The notes below the pieces were generated by a model. That model searched no databases, was not told where the DNA came from, and worked only from the letters and a program-made list of their open reading frames with translations. From contig NW_003314278.1 in assembly GCF_000143415.4 (NCBI RefSeq), forward strand, positions 2,058,362-2,122,361: a stretch of 64,000 bases of DNA, read 5' to 3'. The DNA comes from Selaginella moellendorffii. Lineage: Eukaryota; Plantae; Lycopodiophyta. Position numbers and translations under genes: made by a program. Of this stretch, positions 11,200 through 25,188 are shown in pieces (position 1 is the stretch's first letter; each line of letters opens with the position of its first letter).

Positions 11200-13150
11200 T
11201 TTGTTTGAATGTCAACACAGTTGCTAACAAGCAAATGCAAGAATGTTAATAACATAACACTACAGCCTAAGCATCAATATTATTTGCATTGAGATTAATG
11301 AAACTTAATATCAATCTTAAGGAGAGACATCTCATTTCATTTGAATCTCAATATCAACAATGTCAACGACAAGGCACCACTTCAATGCCATCAACACTAG
11401 AACAAAGCTAAAAGATTGTAAGAGTGAATCACTACTCAAAACTTTTTAGCAACCAAGCTAACCAAAGTCAAAGATACTTTAATCAGTATCTGAGACTAGA
11501 TCTTTCAACAATACTCAGCTATAGATAACACATCATTAAAGAGTGATTCACCACATCCAAGACTTAATGAAATCTAACACTACGAATTAAACGTAACCAA
11601 ATGATATCGATAGAGCTAGAATCGATATACCAACATGGAAAAATAATGACACGATCCTCTGCAACACCATCCGGTAAAGCAAATTCATCACTGCTAAATC
11701 ATCATCAAGTGAAGCAAGTGTCAAACAGTCCTCGACAAAGTCTGTAAGCAACTACTAGTTGCAAAGCAACCAGCAATCATTCTTCAACTTGCCTTCACAA
11801 GACTCAAACACTAAGCTCATGCCATTGAGTCATATACTTATCCAACATAAACATAATATCCTAAGTATGAGATAAAGGTTTATGGTCAAGTATAAACTAA
11901 ACGACTATTCGAATCCAACTCAATTGCAATAAGCTCATTAATACGTTTAGCCAACAGCTCTGAGCATGCTTTGAAGAGGCTAGCTATGTATGATCAACAC
12001 TTAGCCGAAACTAAAGTGAAGACCATAAGATGGACTCATATCGGTACACAACCTCCTTATAGACAAAACTATAGTACGGGTACCAATATTTTAACCTCAA
12101 CCAACTAAGCTGGATATCACCATCCTCAACCAAGGTGCAAGGCCACCAAGACCAAGTTAATATCAGTGAGAGCTCACTACTCTCATAGAATCTTAATAAA
12201 ATGCAAGGTGCAACCTACCACCTAGCACAATGCTAAAAGAAAGGCATAAAGGTCACCTTTCTAGAAAAGTGCAATGGCCACTTTTCTACACTAACTCTAG
12301 ACTCTATCCAACTCAATTGCTTTAGCTCTAAAAGTTAGCATCCTTTTTGGGTCATATCATACAAACTATTACTAAGGTTTAAGCCAACCAAAGTCAACTC
12401 CAACCCCTTCACTAGTTTATATTGACTTATGAAAATGGAATGGTTTTCGAGCAAAGTGATCAATACATCAGCCATTGAAAAAGTCTAAAAAAATTTGTAG
12501 AAATTTTTCCATCCTAGAGAAAGAATGTCTCTTAGTTTAAGAAATCAAACTTTCAAGACTCAACTAACTTCCTCCTACCAACAACTTCACAAAGGTTTAT
12601 TTCAACACAAATTCTCGAGACCTATAGTATGCTTAAGTGTCGAATATCATACCCATAATTCCGATATCCAACACCAACATCCGCAATATACAAAAAAAAC
12701 ATCCAAGATTCGATCATGAAGACCATATCTCTAGATATCCAAATTGCATTAACACTCTTCATCAACCACCTTTAAGATCCAATGTGAAGCCAAAACACTA
12801 ACAAAGAAAATGACATAGAAAATCAAGATCCAAGGAAAATTCCTCATCACTAGAAATAACAATGCCACTTTCACTAACACAAGTGCTAGTGATGTCAATG
12901 CCCCAACTACACATTTTCTCCATCCAACAATTTACTCCAAGTGCTAACGGATCAACTAACGAGCTATAGCAAATGAATGCTAGAACCCTTTTCCAACACT
13001 TTAATGGACAAACTTAGGGAAACAAGGTACCAACTTAAGCTTAGCATAATGGATCACCATCGAGAATCTAGTTAAAGCTACTATAATGGTACTTCGTGCA
13101 AGTAGACTAGTTTCACTATCAACCACTTTGGGGTTGATCATTGCTTAACC
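11200..13150 (-). pseudogene. Possible very old Ty1/copia pol relic
   Basis: Only faint motifs, e.g. a CESCxxGK-like GAG-pre-integrase remnant at ~11788-11812. No ORF. Confidence 0.25.
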
Positions 13151-13199
13151 AAGCAACTTCATATACACATTGCTCATTATCACATGGATATGATATAAG

Positions 13200-14742
13200 T
13201 ATTGGGCCAGTATAAGCAAATTGGCTTCGGCACTTCGTGTGCATGGTGAAATCTCTAGTCATGGGGTAGCTATTGTCTATTAGTCACATAACCTGCCTCT
13301 CTATTGATGTTCTTTATTCCGTTAAAAGGGCATGACTATATAAACAACTCTAACTATCTGTTTACAGTAGTCTATCTAAACCTTACTGATAGGTTTAGTT
13401 TCTTTGCTCAGGTTGGTTGGGGCCTCTGGCTTCTCTCTCCATGTCCTTGCGGGCAGGGGCGTATCACACTTTTGTAAGCTGGCTGACACCCAGAGTAGCA
13501 AGGGTGGCTAACACCGTTAGTCATTTCCTTGTCAGCGACGGCCAGAAGGTGTCTGAGTTGGTAGCGCATCCGCGTTCAACAAAGAGGTTACCCTAACTCA
13601 TTTAAGTTGGTGTATTTCTCATATAGTATGAATACCATGAACTTTTTCTGGAGTTGCTTCCTTGGTGGTATTCTAGACTCAAGTATGCATCGACGAGGAT
13701 GTCAATCTTCCCTAGGGGGGGAGAGTGTCGCGAATGTGGCTTTGGGTATCGAAAGTTACCTATCAGCTAGTCCTTACAGACACTCTTTCCTTATTGCCAT
13801 GACGGCAAGAGGTTAGTATTGCTAGTTCCCTTTATCAGCCCCTCTTGTTCAAGTGTTAGTAAACTGGGCTTAGCATCTATACTTGGCCAAATAAGCATAA
13901 GGAAGGAATTCCTAAGTGTCTATTTAGCTGACCATACTCGGCTCGGCTTGTTAGTTCTCTTTTGCTCTATCTTGCACTGGCTTGACAAGAACCCTCATGT
14001 ATTGAAACTGGTCCCTCAATATCGTTAGATGATAACTTACTGTGTCTGCAAAACACCCTCGCTATCATGCCCTTTGTGTTAGTCTTATTTCGGTCCCAAA
14101 TGCTATTTATGGAAAGTGTCTAGATTTGCTCATTTAGCATATCTATAGAATGTAGAAATCGGCCTAAACACAATGGTGTTCGTCCCATGTTCAAATTCAC
14201 AATCTAGAGCCATTCCATGTATAGTAGGGATAGTGGGTAGGTTTGACATGGCCGACCAACTTGAGGCATAGTCTAGCTCCTGCTTGCATGCCTGTCCTTG
14301 TTCTGTGTCTGGCTTGGGTCTAAGCCCAAGCTCCACACCATGCTAACTGATGGAGTACCCATGTCCTCATATTAGGCCACTGATATACTGAAATAGTGCT
14401 AGACTCCGTTTGGCTTCATTTTGCATGCTGATCCTGGCATTGAGATGCTAGTTGTTCTAGGACTGTTCCAAGTTGCTCCGTGCTCTTGTCCCTTCACTCC
14501 TTAGGGTGTACGCTGGGGAGTTGCTCTGTGGTTCGGTTCCATCACTCTTTAGCTCCATGCTTGGGGGTTTGGCACTATTCTTTCATTTAGAGGCCTAAGG
14601 CCCTGAACCTCAAATTCCACATCAGTATTCTATGGACACGTGGCATATAACACGTGGCACATAGAGGGTTTAGGTTCCGCTTCATGGTGTTATCCTATGG
14701 TAAATCACCATAGGATAAAAGGTAAAAACCACATGTGCTACA
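13200..14742 (+). mobile_element. Family C LTR-like repeat (5' boundary approximate)
   Basis: Ends TGTGCTACA. Homologous (inverted) to 63400-64000 and 10744-11180. Terminal hairpin TTATCCTATGGT-aaatc-ACCATAGGATAA. Confidence 0.65.
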
Positions 14743-14780
14743 GACCCCTATAATATTAAATATATGCTCCTAAATTTAAA

Positions 14781-14825
14781 CTTTTCAAGAGGTCACCCAA
14801 CCCAGTATTATTCAAACCCAAGAAC
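14781..14825 (-). repeat. Second degenerate 5S rRNA core-like sequence
   Basis: cttttcaagaggtcacccaacccagtattattcaaacccaagaac versus the 5S reverse complement CTTCCCAGGAGGTCACCCATCCTAGTACTACTCTCGCCCAAGCAC. Confidence 0.5.
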
Positions 14826-15349
14826 CAAGTATCCCAAAACCCTTAATTGATTAGAAAAGGGGAGATAAAAAGGTATATTAGGCATTTTAAAATTAAACTC
14901 TTAATGTGTTCATTAATTCTTACAAATCAAAGGGAGCTCTTCTATAAATTAGATGTAATAATCTTCAACTTGAGAAAACTCCCCATCATCAACTTTGTCC
15001 TCCTTATTTGGAATATGATAAATTGAAAAATCTATTTTTACAAAGAAGTCAAAATGAAAGGATATTTCAATAGAAGAATGGGAATGTGACAAATGATTGT
15101 TGTGCAGAGTTTGAGGTTAGCAAGAGAGCCTATATGTATTTTTCTTTTGAGCCATTCTTAAACCAAACACTACACTTTTAATATGTTACTTTTTGTAATT
15201 ATTTTATGGTGCAGAAATATTTTTAATATGTATATTGCAATAGGCACCCTAGAACAGGGTATGCTACATAAAATTAATATCATTTCATTATAATTTCTTT
15301 TTTAAGGGACAATACTATAATATAGTAAAACAATTCTAGATTTTAAATT

Positions 15350-15838
15350 CCATTGTAGGGTGGCCTAAAAATCCCATATTTAGCATTAGCCAATATAATG
15401 TTTTCTAAGGAGATGTTTCTCATCATGAAGTGGTAGTGGGTATATGTTTGTAAGTTATTATTGAATCTATTGTATATCTATATATATATACACATTTTCT
15501 AAACAATTGCTAAAAACAAGTTTATAGCCATTTTTTTTGTCCATTAAATACTAAATATAATAGCATTTTATGCCTTCAAACTCTCCCACCATATCAGGAG
15601 CAATATCTTGCAAAAATATGTAGCACTACTCTTGAAGTGCTAGAAGCAATCTTTCTTTAGTAATAATATCCAAGTAAATAGGGAGCTCTAGTTCAACTTC
15701 ACTAGAGCCTATAACAAAAAGAAAATTTTTATATAGAGGTGAAGGTAGAATATAAGTAGAATTTGGGGATGAAGATGGAGATTGATATGAAATATTAGAG
15801 GATCAAGTATGAGTAGCAATGACTTTTCTTCAAGCCAT
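15350..15838 (-). pseudogene. Decayed copy of the small Cys/His ORF family (homologue of 49556-50104)
   Basis: Conceptual translation gives ...ISYQSPSSSP... and HYHFMMRNISLENIILANAKYGI, matching the intact copy. Contains stops and frameshifts. Confidence 0.7.
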
Positions 15839-16080
15839 TTTTATACTAAACTTTCCAACTTTCCAAATAACTTAAGGACAAAAATACTACAATAACTATA
15901 ACTTTTCTTAGTAGTTTATAAACTAATACTAGGAATGAGGTTTATTTATTATGACACTGATAATACTTAGATTCTTGAATGTTAGACTCAGAAATGGAAC
16001 TTTAGAATAGAACTTCTAGAATTCTTTATTATTGTGTATATATATACTAAAATATTTATCATTATATTGAAAACCTACTC

Positions 16081-16083
<3 letters not shown>

Positions 16084-16143
<60 letters not shown>
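16084..16143. repeat. (TA)n microsatellite
   Basis: About 30 perfect TA units. Confidence 0.98.
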
Positions 16144-16146
<3 letters not shown>

Positions 16147-18799
16147 TTTTCTATACTTCTGCCAACTTTCTTGAGAAATAGATTATAGGTAAATATAGAT
16201 CATGTTATAATGGTAGGGCATATAAATACACATGCATTTTCTCATGCAAGATTACTTTTCAATATTGAAAATATAGATGCACTTTGTTGTTATATTACTT
16301 TTAAGTCTTTTAAAAGACTTTTATTTCTATTATTATTATTCACAAATGACTCTTGAAAAGTTCTAGTAGGGATTCACTATGAAAATATATCTTATTCTTA
16401 TTATATAGAAGGATTGTGATATTGGCAAGCAAGTAGAGTTTTTAATATGAATTAATATATAAAATAAAAATACTATAGAAAGTTCTATGAAGTAGATTTA
16501 ATGGTGTTTTCACCATGCTGTTCATTTCTTAATTTCTCTTATTTTAGACTATTATTTTGGAAATAATAGAAGTATTTTTATCAATGGTGACAATGGTCTC
16601 TATATTCCTGAATAGGTAATAAGGACCAAGAGTGTAATATAAAGATTGTGGTATTGAAATAAAATTAATATTTTCACATTTTTTTACTCTACAACTTTTA
16701 CTCATAAATGTTTTATTTCTCTTGCTTCCCATCTTCTCAAGAACCTTATAGAAATATTTTGGAAGAAGAAAAATATATTGCCTTCACTAACATATAATAA
16801 TAATGGCTAGTTGGATGCATGGTCATCACATTCACCATGCATTCACAGCCCGAAACAAGGAGATAAACTGGTTCACTGAATTGGCCAATTAGGCACCTAA
16901 GCTCAAGCACTTAGACATCCAAGGCTTCCATTAGAGCCTCTTGATCTAGACACAAGTTCAACAAATCAATTAATTAGGGTGAAAAGAGAAGTTGAAAAAC
17001 AAAAGCTACTACCTAAGTGTTCTCTACTATAACATTGCTCTAGCACCATGAGCTTGGATTGTTGCCTATGATCTTAACAAACCAATTAGTCATACTAATA
17101 TGAAAAAGAAGATGTAAAAAAAAAACTCATCTGATCAGTGCTCCATAGGTTGCTTGTGATCTAAACAAACTAATTAATCTTGCACATAGAAGAAGAAGAC
17201 AAAAAAAAACTCACATGATCAATGCTCCATGAGCAAGAATATTAGAATGTGATAGTGGTAAATGTAAAATAATATAGTTTTAGAAAAAATAGATTCTTAT
17301 GAATCTAAAAGAGTCAATCTAGTAGAAGCTTTTGACCTAGGTACTTATATATTCCAATATTTTAAAGTTCATCAGAACCTTCATTTTTTCAACTTAAATT
17401 TCTTTTGTAAAACATACAATTGACTTTGTTAACTTGTGTTGACTCATGCTGAGTTGAGCTCAACTCGTAACTCAACTCAACTTTAGACTATCCCTTGATG
17501 TATGGTGAACATTTTATGGTATTACACTCTCAACATATTATAGAATCAAGAAGAAGTGGATGGGTGATATTTGAAAATTTGTTCATGGAAATAAAGACTT
17601 CCTATAAACTAGAGGGCATGTTATGATGGCTGAAGCATTATTTCAAAAGTTTGTGAATACTTATAGTGAGTCAATGTTTTATAAAATAAAGTTGCTAATT
17701 AATAGGACCACAACTAGCAATCTTGGAAGAAATTAATGTTGAACTTGAGTCTCTTGATTACAAATACATTAGCCAAGCTAAATTCAGCATTATATGGAAC
17801 ACGTAATTTAAGGATGTGGACATTGCAAAATTCTCAAGCTTGATTAGGTCTGATGAGTGTATACAAATCAAATTAGTCAAATGCAAGAATTCATGCACAC
17901 TAACAGAGAGGGAAGAGCTCCACCATAAAAGAAATGAGCATAATATGGAACAAAAGAGTTATGTAAATGTTTTATGATATGAACTAAAGCCCTATTTTGT
18001 TAAAGTGGAAATTATTTCTAAACTTGAGAGTAGAAGTCATTGTAATAATTGATACAGTTTTATGCTGGTTGTGTTTCATTGCCCCTGCCACATTCTTGGG
18101 ATCCATCTGCTATATGCATTATTTACATCATTAAAATCATAATACATTTTAAACTCTCAAATTATTTTATAAACTAAAGTAATAATTATAATTATTATAC
18201 TTATTTGTTAAATTTAGGAATAATTGCAACCATATTACTAATAAAATTACAATATAAATAATTATTTTCTGAATTAGATAAAAGATCTTTATAATGGACA
18301 TTGGTTTGATATATTTTGAAATAATTTAGAAGAAAGTAAATTTTTTTATATATGATTTCTATTAGTTTATTTACATTATCTAGTATATTATAATATGAAA
18401 AATTCAGGATGGAAATGACCACTACTATAATGCTGAGTAGTTTGTATATATATAACAGCATTTACATAAGTTTAAAGAGTGAAATTAAAATTTAAAATTA
18501 CTATAATCTCTATTTAAAATTATAAATAAACCATAATATTTATTATCATTAGTGATTTATTGTGGCTAAAATTTAATACTTTAAATATCTAAAATAAATG
18601 TTTTAACTGTAATAAATAAATATTTATTTTTTAGCTATGAGTGCATGGAATATAGAAAGAGATTACAAAAAATATGCATAGCAATTAGCCCCAAAAACCC
18701 TAGCTTATATATAGAAGTGAATAGTCCCAATTTAAACTAATTCGACGACTACCAAAATCCCACTACGTTAATATTAATATACAATATCATAATAGACCT

Positions 18800-21620
18800 C
18801 ACATCATCCCCTTCTCTCAAAATGATGGAAGACCATTAGAGTAGATAGGCCGGGATCTGGAAGAACATCAAAAGGAGGCATCGGTGGATTTATAGATGGT
18901 GTTAGTTGTTTTTGATCCCTTTGTACAAAGCATTTCAACCATTGCACATATACAATTTCTAGGGGATTGGCTTGTTGGATGTTATGTTGAACCTCATAAA
19001 CTTGTAGTCCAACTTGTCACAACACTCGATACAATCTTTTCCACTAAGCAAGGAGCCCCTTAGATAAGCCAAATATCGTAAAATGGGGAAAACAGACTAA
19101 CACCAAGTCATCCACTTTGTACTCTACAAGTGGATGATGATAGGAGTTGTAATGCCATTGTTGTCCCACTTATACACGGCCTAGGTGTTTGGTAGACTCT
19201 GCTTAGACAAGCAGAAGAATGCCTGTCAAATATTGATCCCAAGACCTAATATCGGCAGCTTGTGGCAATTGTGAAGGTAAACCCAATTCCGTTAATAATA
19301 TTAGATTATAACCATATAGGAATTTATATGGTGAAGCACTAATAGAACTTTACACCCCTATAACATATGTATATTAAAGAGATGGTAAATAACCATCCCA
19401 ATTGGAGTGCTAAAAGTTCATATACTTCGTGATCATCTAGCATGATCATCTTCCAATAATGTTCGTGAACTATGTAAATATGCATGAAGTTTCTCGAAAC
19501 CCCAAACTGCTGCTAAACACTCATTCTCTATCATGGAGTAGTTCACCTTTGCTAGTTGTAATGTACAGTTGATATATGCAATGGGATGGCACTGACCAGA
19601 CACACTCGGGCTCTCTTGCACCAACACACCTCCAATATTAAAAGTATCTATGCGCAAAATGAAAGGTCAAGTGTTGTAGTGCATTCTATCTCTCTCCCCT
19701 TAAGCCAACTGGAAAAGGGGCAATTGCTTAATGAGAGAGCCCTTAGTGGCTATTTTATCCCCATTTATCCCCCAAGGTTCCAAGGATTCACGGTGATAGT
19801 ATATCCAAATCTCATCCCATGATCACATGCGCTACAAGTGTAGTCAGAATATGTTAAAACCAGAGGAGTCATCAACAGCTCTTTGAGATCTGTGAATGCA
19901 TGTTCACAATTCATAGATCAGATAAAAGATGATATTGATGAATTCAGCAATGCTCACAACAGTGTAGTGCGATAAAAAAGATGATCCATAAAACGACAGA
20001 GATACTGCACTTTGCCTAGAAAGTGTTGCACATCATTCACACACTTTGGAGTAGGGAACTTTTAGAACAACCACAAGTTTGTTATGATCAATTTACAAAC
20101 CTTCACGAGAAATACAGTACCCAAGATAAGTTGTCCTTGGACCCAAACACACTTTTCGACTGCTTTAGCTTTAAACTAACTTCCCGTAACCGATCTAACA
20201 CCTTACGAACATTTCCTCCCATATCCCTTCCGAGTGGATCAAGACATCATCAATGAAGTCAGTAGTCACCTTTGATATATCGCAAAGAACCTCATCCATC
20301 ATCCGTTGGAAAGTTGCTAGAGCATTATTCAAACCAAATAGCATTACCAAGAACTCGTACAAACCAAATAGTGTATGAAAAATAGTCTTTGGAATATTTT
20401 CTTTAGCTATTAGTACTTGCCAATACTTAGAATCAAGATCTAGCTTAGTGAACTAAGAATTTCTCCCCAGACGATCCAAGAAATCAACAATGTGAGGAAA
20501 ATTATACACATCTAGGATTATCACTTCATTTAATTGATGATAGTTGATGCAAAAACAAATACTTCATTAAGTTTCGTCACAACATGAGGTTTAAATGCCC
20601 AAGGACTTTGCAACTTTCTAATAACACCCTTTTCTAACATTTTCTTGACGTTTGCATGTAAAATTATGATCTCTTTGAGTGATCGATGACAAATAAGAAC
20701 CTTGATCGGATGAGCATCCCCAGTTGGAATAGGATGACATGTTGCAATCTTGGCTTTAGATGGCAGGTCAAATTCAAAGGGATTAACATACTTCTTCATA
20801 AGTTCGTCGATTGTTACAACACAAAGACAATCAGAAAGATTGAAAAAGGGAAGAGAGGAATAAGATAGAAATATAGAAGGAAGTAATGGAGAGACAAAAG
20901 TGATGGAAGCAAAGGTAAAAGCAAAGAAATGAAAAAGTACTAAAGTGAGAGGAATTGATAAAATATAAGGAAGTATAAGACAAGGAGGAAAAACCTCAAA
21001 ATCATATTTAGCATGATTGTGTCACAATGAATTCATACCAAAGATGAAATCAAAAGCTTGATTCGACACCACATGCAATGACTGCAACTCAAGTTTGAGA
21101 TCGCCCATAAACAAAACCAAATCCTTCTTATCCCATGTATAAGCATGTGTATGGCCATTGCCATAAAGAATGAAAATTGGCTTTGCTACATGATATAAAT
21201 GTAGACAGCAACGTGTGGCAATAGGCTAAGCTATAGAAGATAAGCTCGAACCTGTATCAATCAATATAAAGAGAATAATAAGCGACCTCTTGTTATAATA
21301 ACGAGTTTGGAAAATAAACATTGGATGAACTGGTGCTAAATGAACCCCTTGATGATACTCCCAAAAGAAAAATGAAGGGGTTACTAACTTATTCGTGCAA
21401 AGTCCCTCTACTACTCTTGCAACTCCTCGTTTCTTAAATGCATTTTGATGTCCAAACCTTCTACAGCAGCAACACCAACATAATGTTGTTAATGCCAAGG
21501 TCTCCACCTAGGAAATGGAAGTCGTTAGTCCAGAAAACACCGACAACACTGATAAGTGTGACTAATTTCATCACATACCCAGTAGTGGACATTATAGACA
21601 CAATTACATCCTCACCCTTA
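18800..21620 (-). pseudogene. Old degenerate Ty3/gypsy pol (PR-RT-RNaseH remnants) with putative PPT at 18804-18818
   Basis: LIDTGSS (protease), IPTGDAHPIK and FGLYEFLVMLFGLNNALATFQRMMD (RT), NYSMIENECLAAVWGFEKL (RNase H). The minus strand has GAGAGAAGGGGATGA-TG. Confidence 0.85.
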
Positions 21621-24351
21621 TCCTTGGGGATGGTCCAAAGTTGAGTTGAGCTCAATTCAGCTCAAGTTAATGCTAGTCAACATAGTCAACCATAAGTCTT
21701 ATAAGGAAATATTAAGTCAGAAAAATGTTATTCTTTGGTGAACTTGAAATTTATGAATTTAAGTATTAATAGTTCAAAGAAATTTCTATTTTCTGAATCT
21801 TTCCAATGCAATTTATACAATAAAATACTGTTTCTAGAATTAGAAGTTCGTCTGAACCCATAGAAATTTTTGGGCTTTATCAATCCCAAATAAAATGGGA
21901 ATATTGAAGTTTGATTGAACCTAAATTTCTATTGTACATTTCAACATTTTAACATTTCAACAATTGACCAGAAATATATAAATAATTCGAGAAACACTGA
22001 TTTACTCATTCATTCTATAGGGTTTACAAGGATAGGAAGCAAGGAAAACAAAAAATCTGTAAGTAATTTGTGAGACACAAAATCCCTAGGCCCCAAAGTG
22101 GAGCTAAGAGGGTGCCACGTGGTAATGGCTGAAGCAAAAGCCAAACAAGCGAAACACATTTGGACTAAAAGCTTCAACTTGAAAAGGTCAAGAGTGGGAG
22201 TGGAACTCCCAACGAAGTGCTTGAGGAACAAGCATGAGGCGAGCCATGAGTGAGTCTCCAGAAAAGGGGACACAAGAGAACCAAACCATGACACGTGGAA
22301 GTGTCCGAGATGGAGTTTGAGGTGGAGTCCGAGATGGAGTCTGAGGTGGAGTCCGAAATGGAGTTTGAGATGGAGTCCGAGGTGGAGTCTGAGGTGGACC
22401 TGAGATGGACCCAAGATGGACCCGAGATTGAGTCTGAGATGGACCCAAGATGGAGTCCGAGATGGACCCGAGATGGACCCGAGATGGAGTCCGAGATGGA
22501 CCCGAGATGGAGTCCGAGATGGAGTCCGAGATGGACCCGAGGTGAAGTCCGAGATGGAGTCCGAGATGAACTCGAAATGGAATCCGAGATGGACCCGAGA
22601 TGGAGTCCGAGATGGAGTCCGAGATGGACCTGAGATGGAGTCTGAGATGGACCCGAGATGGAGTCCGAGATGGACCCGAGATGGAGTCCGAGATGGAGTC
22701 CGAGATGGACCCGAGGTGAAGTCCGAGATGGAGTCCGAGATGAACTCGAAATGGAATCCGAGATGGACCCGAGATGGAGTCCGAGATGGAGTCCGAGATG
22801 GACCGAAAATGGAATCCGAGATGGAGTCTGAGAAGGACCCAAGATGGAGTCTGAAGTCAAGATCGAGACCAAGACCGAGACCAGGACCGAGACCGGGACC
22901 GAGACCGAGACCGGGACCGAGACCGAGACCGGGACCGAGACCGAGGCTGAGGCTGAGGCCGAGACCGAGCCCAAGCCCGAGTCTGAGTCCAAGTCCGAGT
23001 CTGCGTCCGAGTCCGAGTTCGAGTCTGAGAGGGTGAAAGCCCAAAGCGTTCATCTCCCAAACCTTGGGGGGTTTGGTGAGCTCCAAAAGTATAGTAGGGG
23101 GAGGACTACAATGGAGCCAGTTTGGCCAGGAAAGGCCAGTTTGGCCCAAGAAGGCTGTACCTAGTGTTGGGTGATGAACTGCCCATTGGGAAGTCCAAGA
23201 CTAAAGTGAATATAGATCAACAAGCGGGCTAGCTGTAAGCCACAAATTTTTCCTTTCCAATTTGCCAGCTTACCTCGTCTATCCGACCAACTCTGCCTTG
23301 GCTTGTGCTAAGTTCCCTCGCCAAGGTTCCCGCCTATGGTACCAGCTTCTACTTGGTCCTACTTGGTTTCAGCTACTCACTGCACGAGCAACGGAGTGTT
23401 AGCCATCCATCTACGGATTCCCAAATCTCTCCCAATCCCCCTCCCCGGGTTAGACTGGACTTAAGGTTCGGCTACACTCCCCGCAGGCACAAGCAGCCAA
23501 GCACACCAAGCCTCCAGATTCCTAACACCCCTTGGTACCACAAGACTTGATCATGGGACCCTCTAAATCCCAAGTATTGGGTGCAGGACTTGCTTCGGGA
23601 CGTCAGGGCGAAACACCGTGGCCTAACGGCCTGGTATGGGTACCTCTACCCCCCCACTTCCATCCCGAAGGGAAGGCCCAAGCCCCTAGGAAGGGCGAGG
23701 ACCAATGAGCCACAAGGTACTCAAGTGGGGCACCACTCCACATGAGCCGGGAGCACCGCAGTCGGTTTCCCTTTCGGGAGTGGGAGCTGCTCTTGAGCAC
23801 TTCCCTGGGTGGCCCCTCCGGCACCACTCAAGCCCATGCTCACTCCCACCCAAGGCCCCTCGGCCCCAGTCTCAACCTCAAGTCAGTTTGGAAGCACCAC
23901 TGGAGAGTTCCTTCAAGACTGGTTCCTGGACCTCACTATCCCTACTATACTTTTGGAACCCCCGGAAGCCCCCCCCCCCCCCCCCCTGGGAGACGCATGC
24001 TTTGGGCTTTCACCCCTTGACCCGTATTAGTATTTGGACTTAGTCTCTGGCTCGATCTCGGACCCGATTTCGGATCCGACTTCAGATTCGGTCTCGGAGT
24101 CGATCTCGGAGTCGATCTCGGACCCGATCTCGGACCTGACCTCGGACTCGACCTCGGACTCGGTCTCGGACCCGATTTCGGATCTCGGACTCCGTCTCGA
24201 ACTCGGTCTTGAACTCGGACTCGAACTCGGTCCCCGAGTCGGTCTTGGACTCGATCTTCGACTTGGTCCGATCCGATGAACTCTTTGTCATTTTGGTCAT
24301 GCTTTTGGGGTTCCTTTAGCCTAAAACACTTCGGCGAGTTGGTTCCTCACA

Positions 24352-24365
24352 ACTCCACCACCCAT
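24352..24365 (-). promoter_or_regulatory. PPT of element B
   Basis: ATGGGTGGTGGAGT directly before the TG of the 3' LTR. Confidence 0.85.
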
Positions 24366-25136
24366 AGAAGAAGTTCGATGCCCACATCGAACGTCTCGCT
24401 TTATCCTATGACTTGTTGACCATGGCTCCGGGGGCATCCCCCCACTTAGTGGTGTGCCTAAGTTAGCCTCCCCAGCCAAGAGCCCATGACAACGGAATAT
24501 AGGTGTCCCTATACCCCTAACCTCACCACGCCCTAGTATGGGGTCGGGACTTGAACCCAGCCTTGCTTTACTAGGGGGTTGGGACTCGAACCCAACCTCC
24601 ATAGAATACGTCTACGGATTCGACATCCCCACGGGGAGTCAGGTGTAGTGCCCTACGCCTGGTCGACCTATCTAACCCATGCTAATTAGCTTACCTTCGG
24701 CGCGCCTTCGGGTCCCAACATATGCCACTTGCTCAACTTTGCAAATTGATATTTTTAATTGAATTTTGCATAAGTACATAGAGTTCTGCCTTGCAGAAAT
24801 TCCTCCACTAGATCTCGCGCATTCGCTAGGTTCTCCTCCGGTTCCCATGTTGCTTCACAGTGTGGAAATCCTTTCCACTTCACATGGAACTCTCTCACCT
24901 CGCGTCCTTGTCGCTTGCTCTTGCGCGCATTGAGGATGGCCTCGACTTCGTATTCCTCTTCCCCTTGGATAACCTCAAGTAAAGGTCTCACTTGGTCCTT
25001 GCGAAGCGGATCCTCAAAGTACGGCTTGAGTAAGTTCACGTGGAACACTAGGTGCATCTTCCCCATCTCTCGAGGAAGTCAGAGTCGGTAAGCCACTTTA
25101 CCGATTCGTACCTCAATCTCGTAAGGCCCCGCGAAC

Positions 25137-25188
25137 CTGCTTAAGGAACTCAAGATCAATTCATTTACAGGAATACATGCATCTTTAC
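25137..25188 (-). other. Putative 52-nt spliceosomal intron before the integrase GPY motif
   Basis: AAG|GTAAAG...TTCCTTAAGCAG|G. Removal gives RKLTQ-R-FAGPYEI in the chromodomain frame. Confidence 0.8.
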
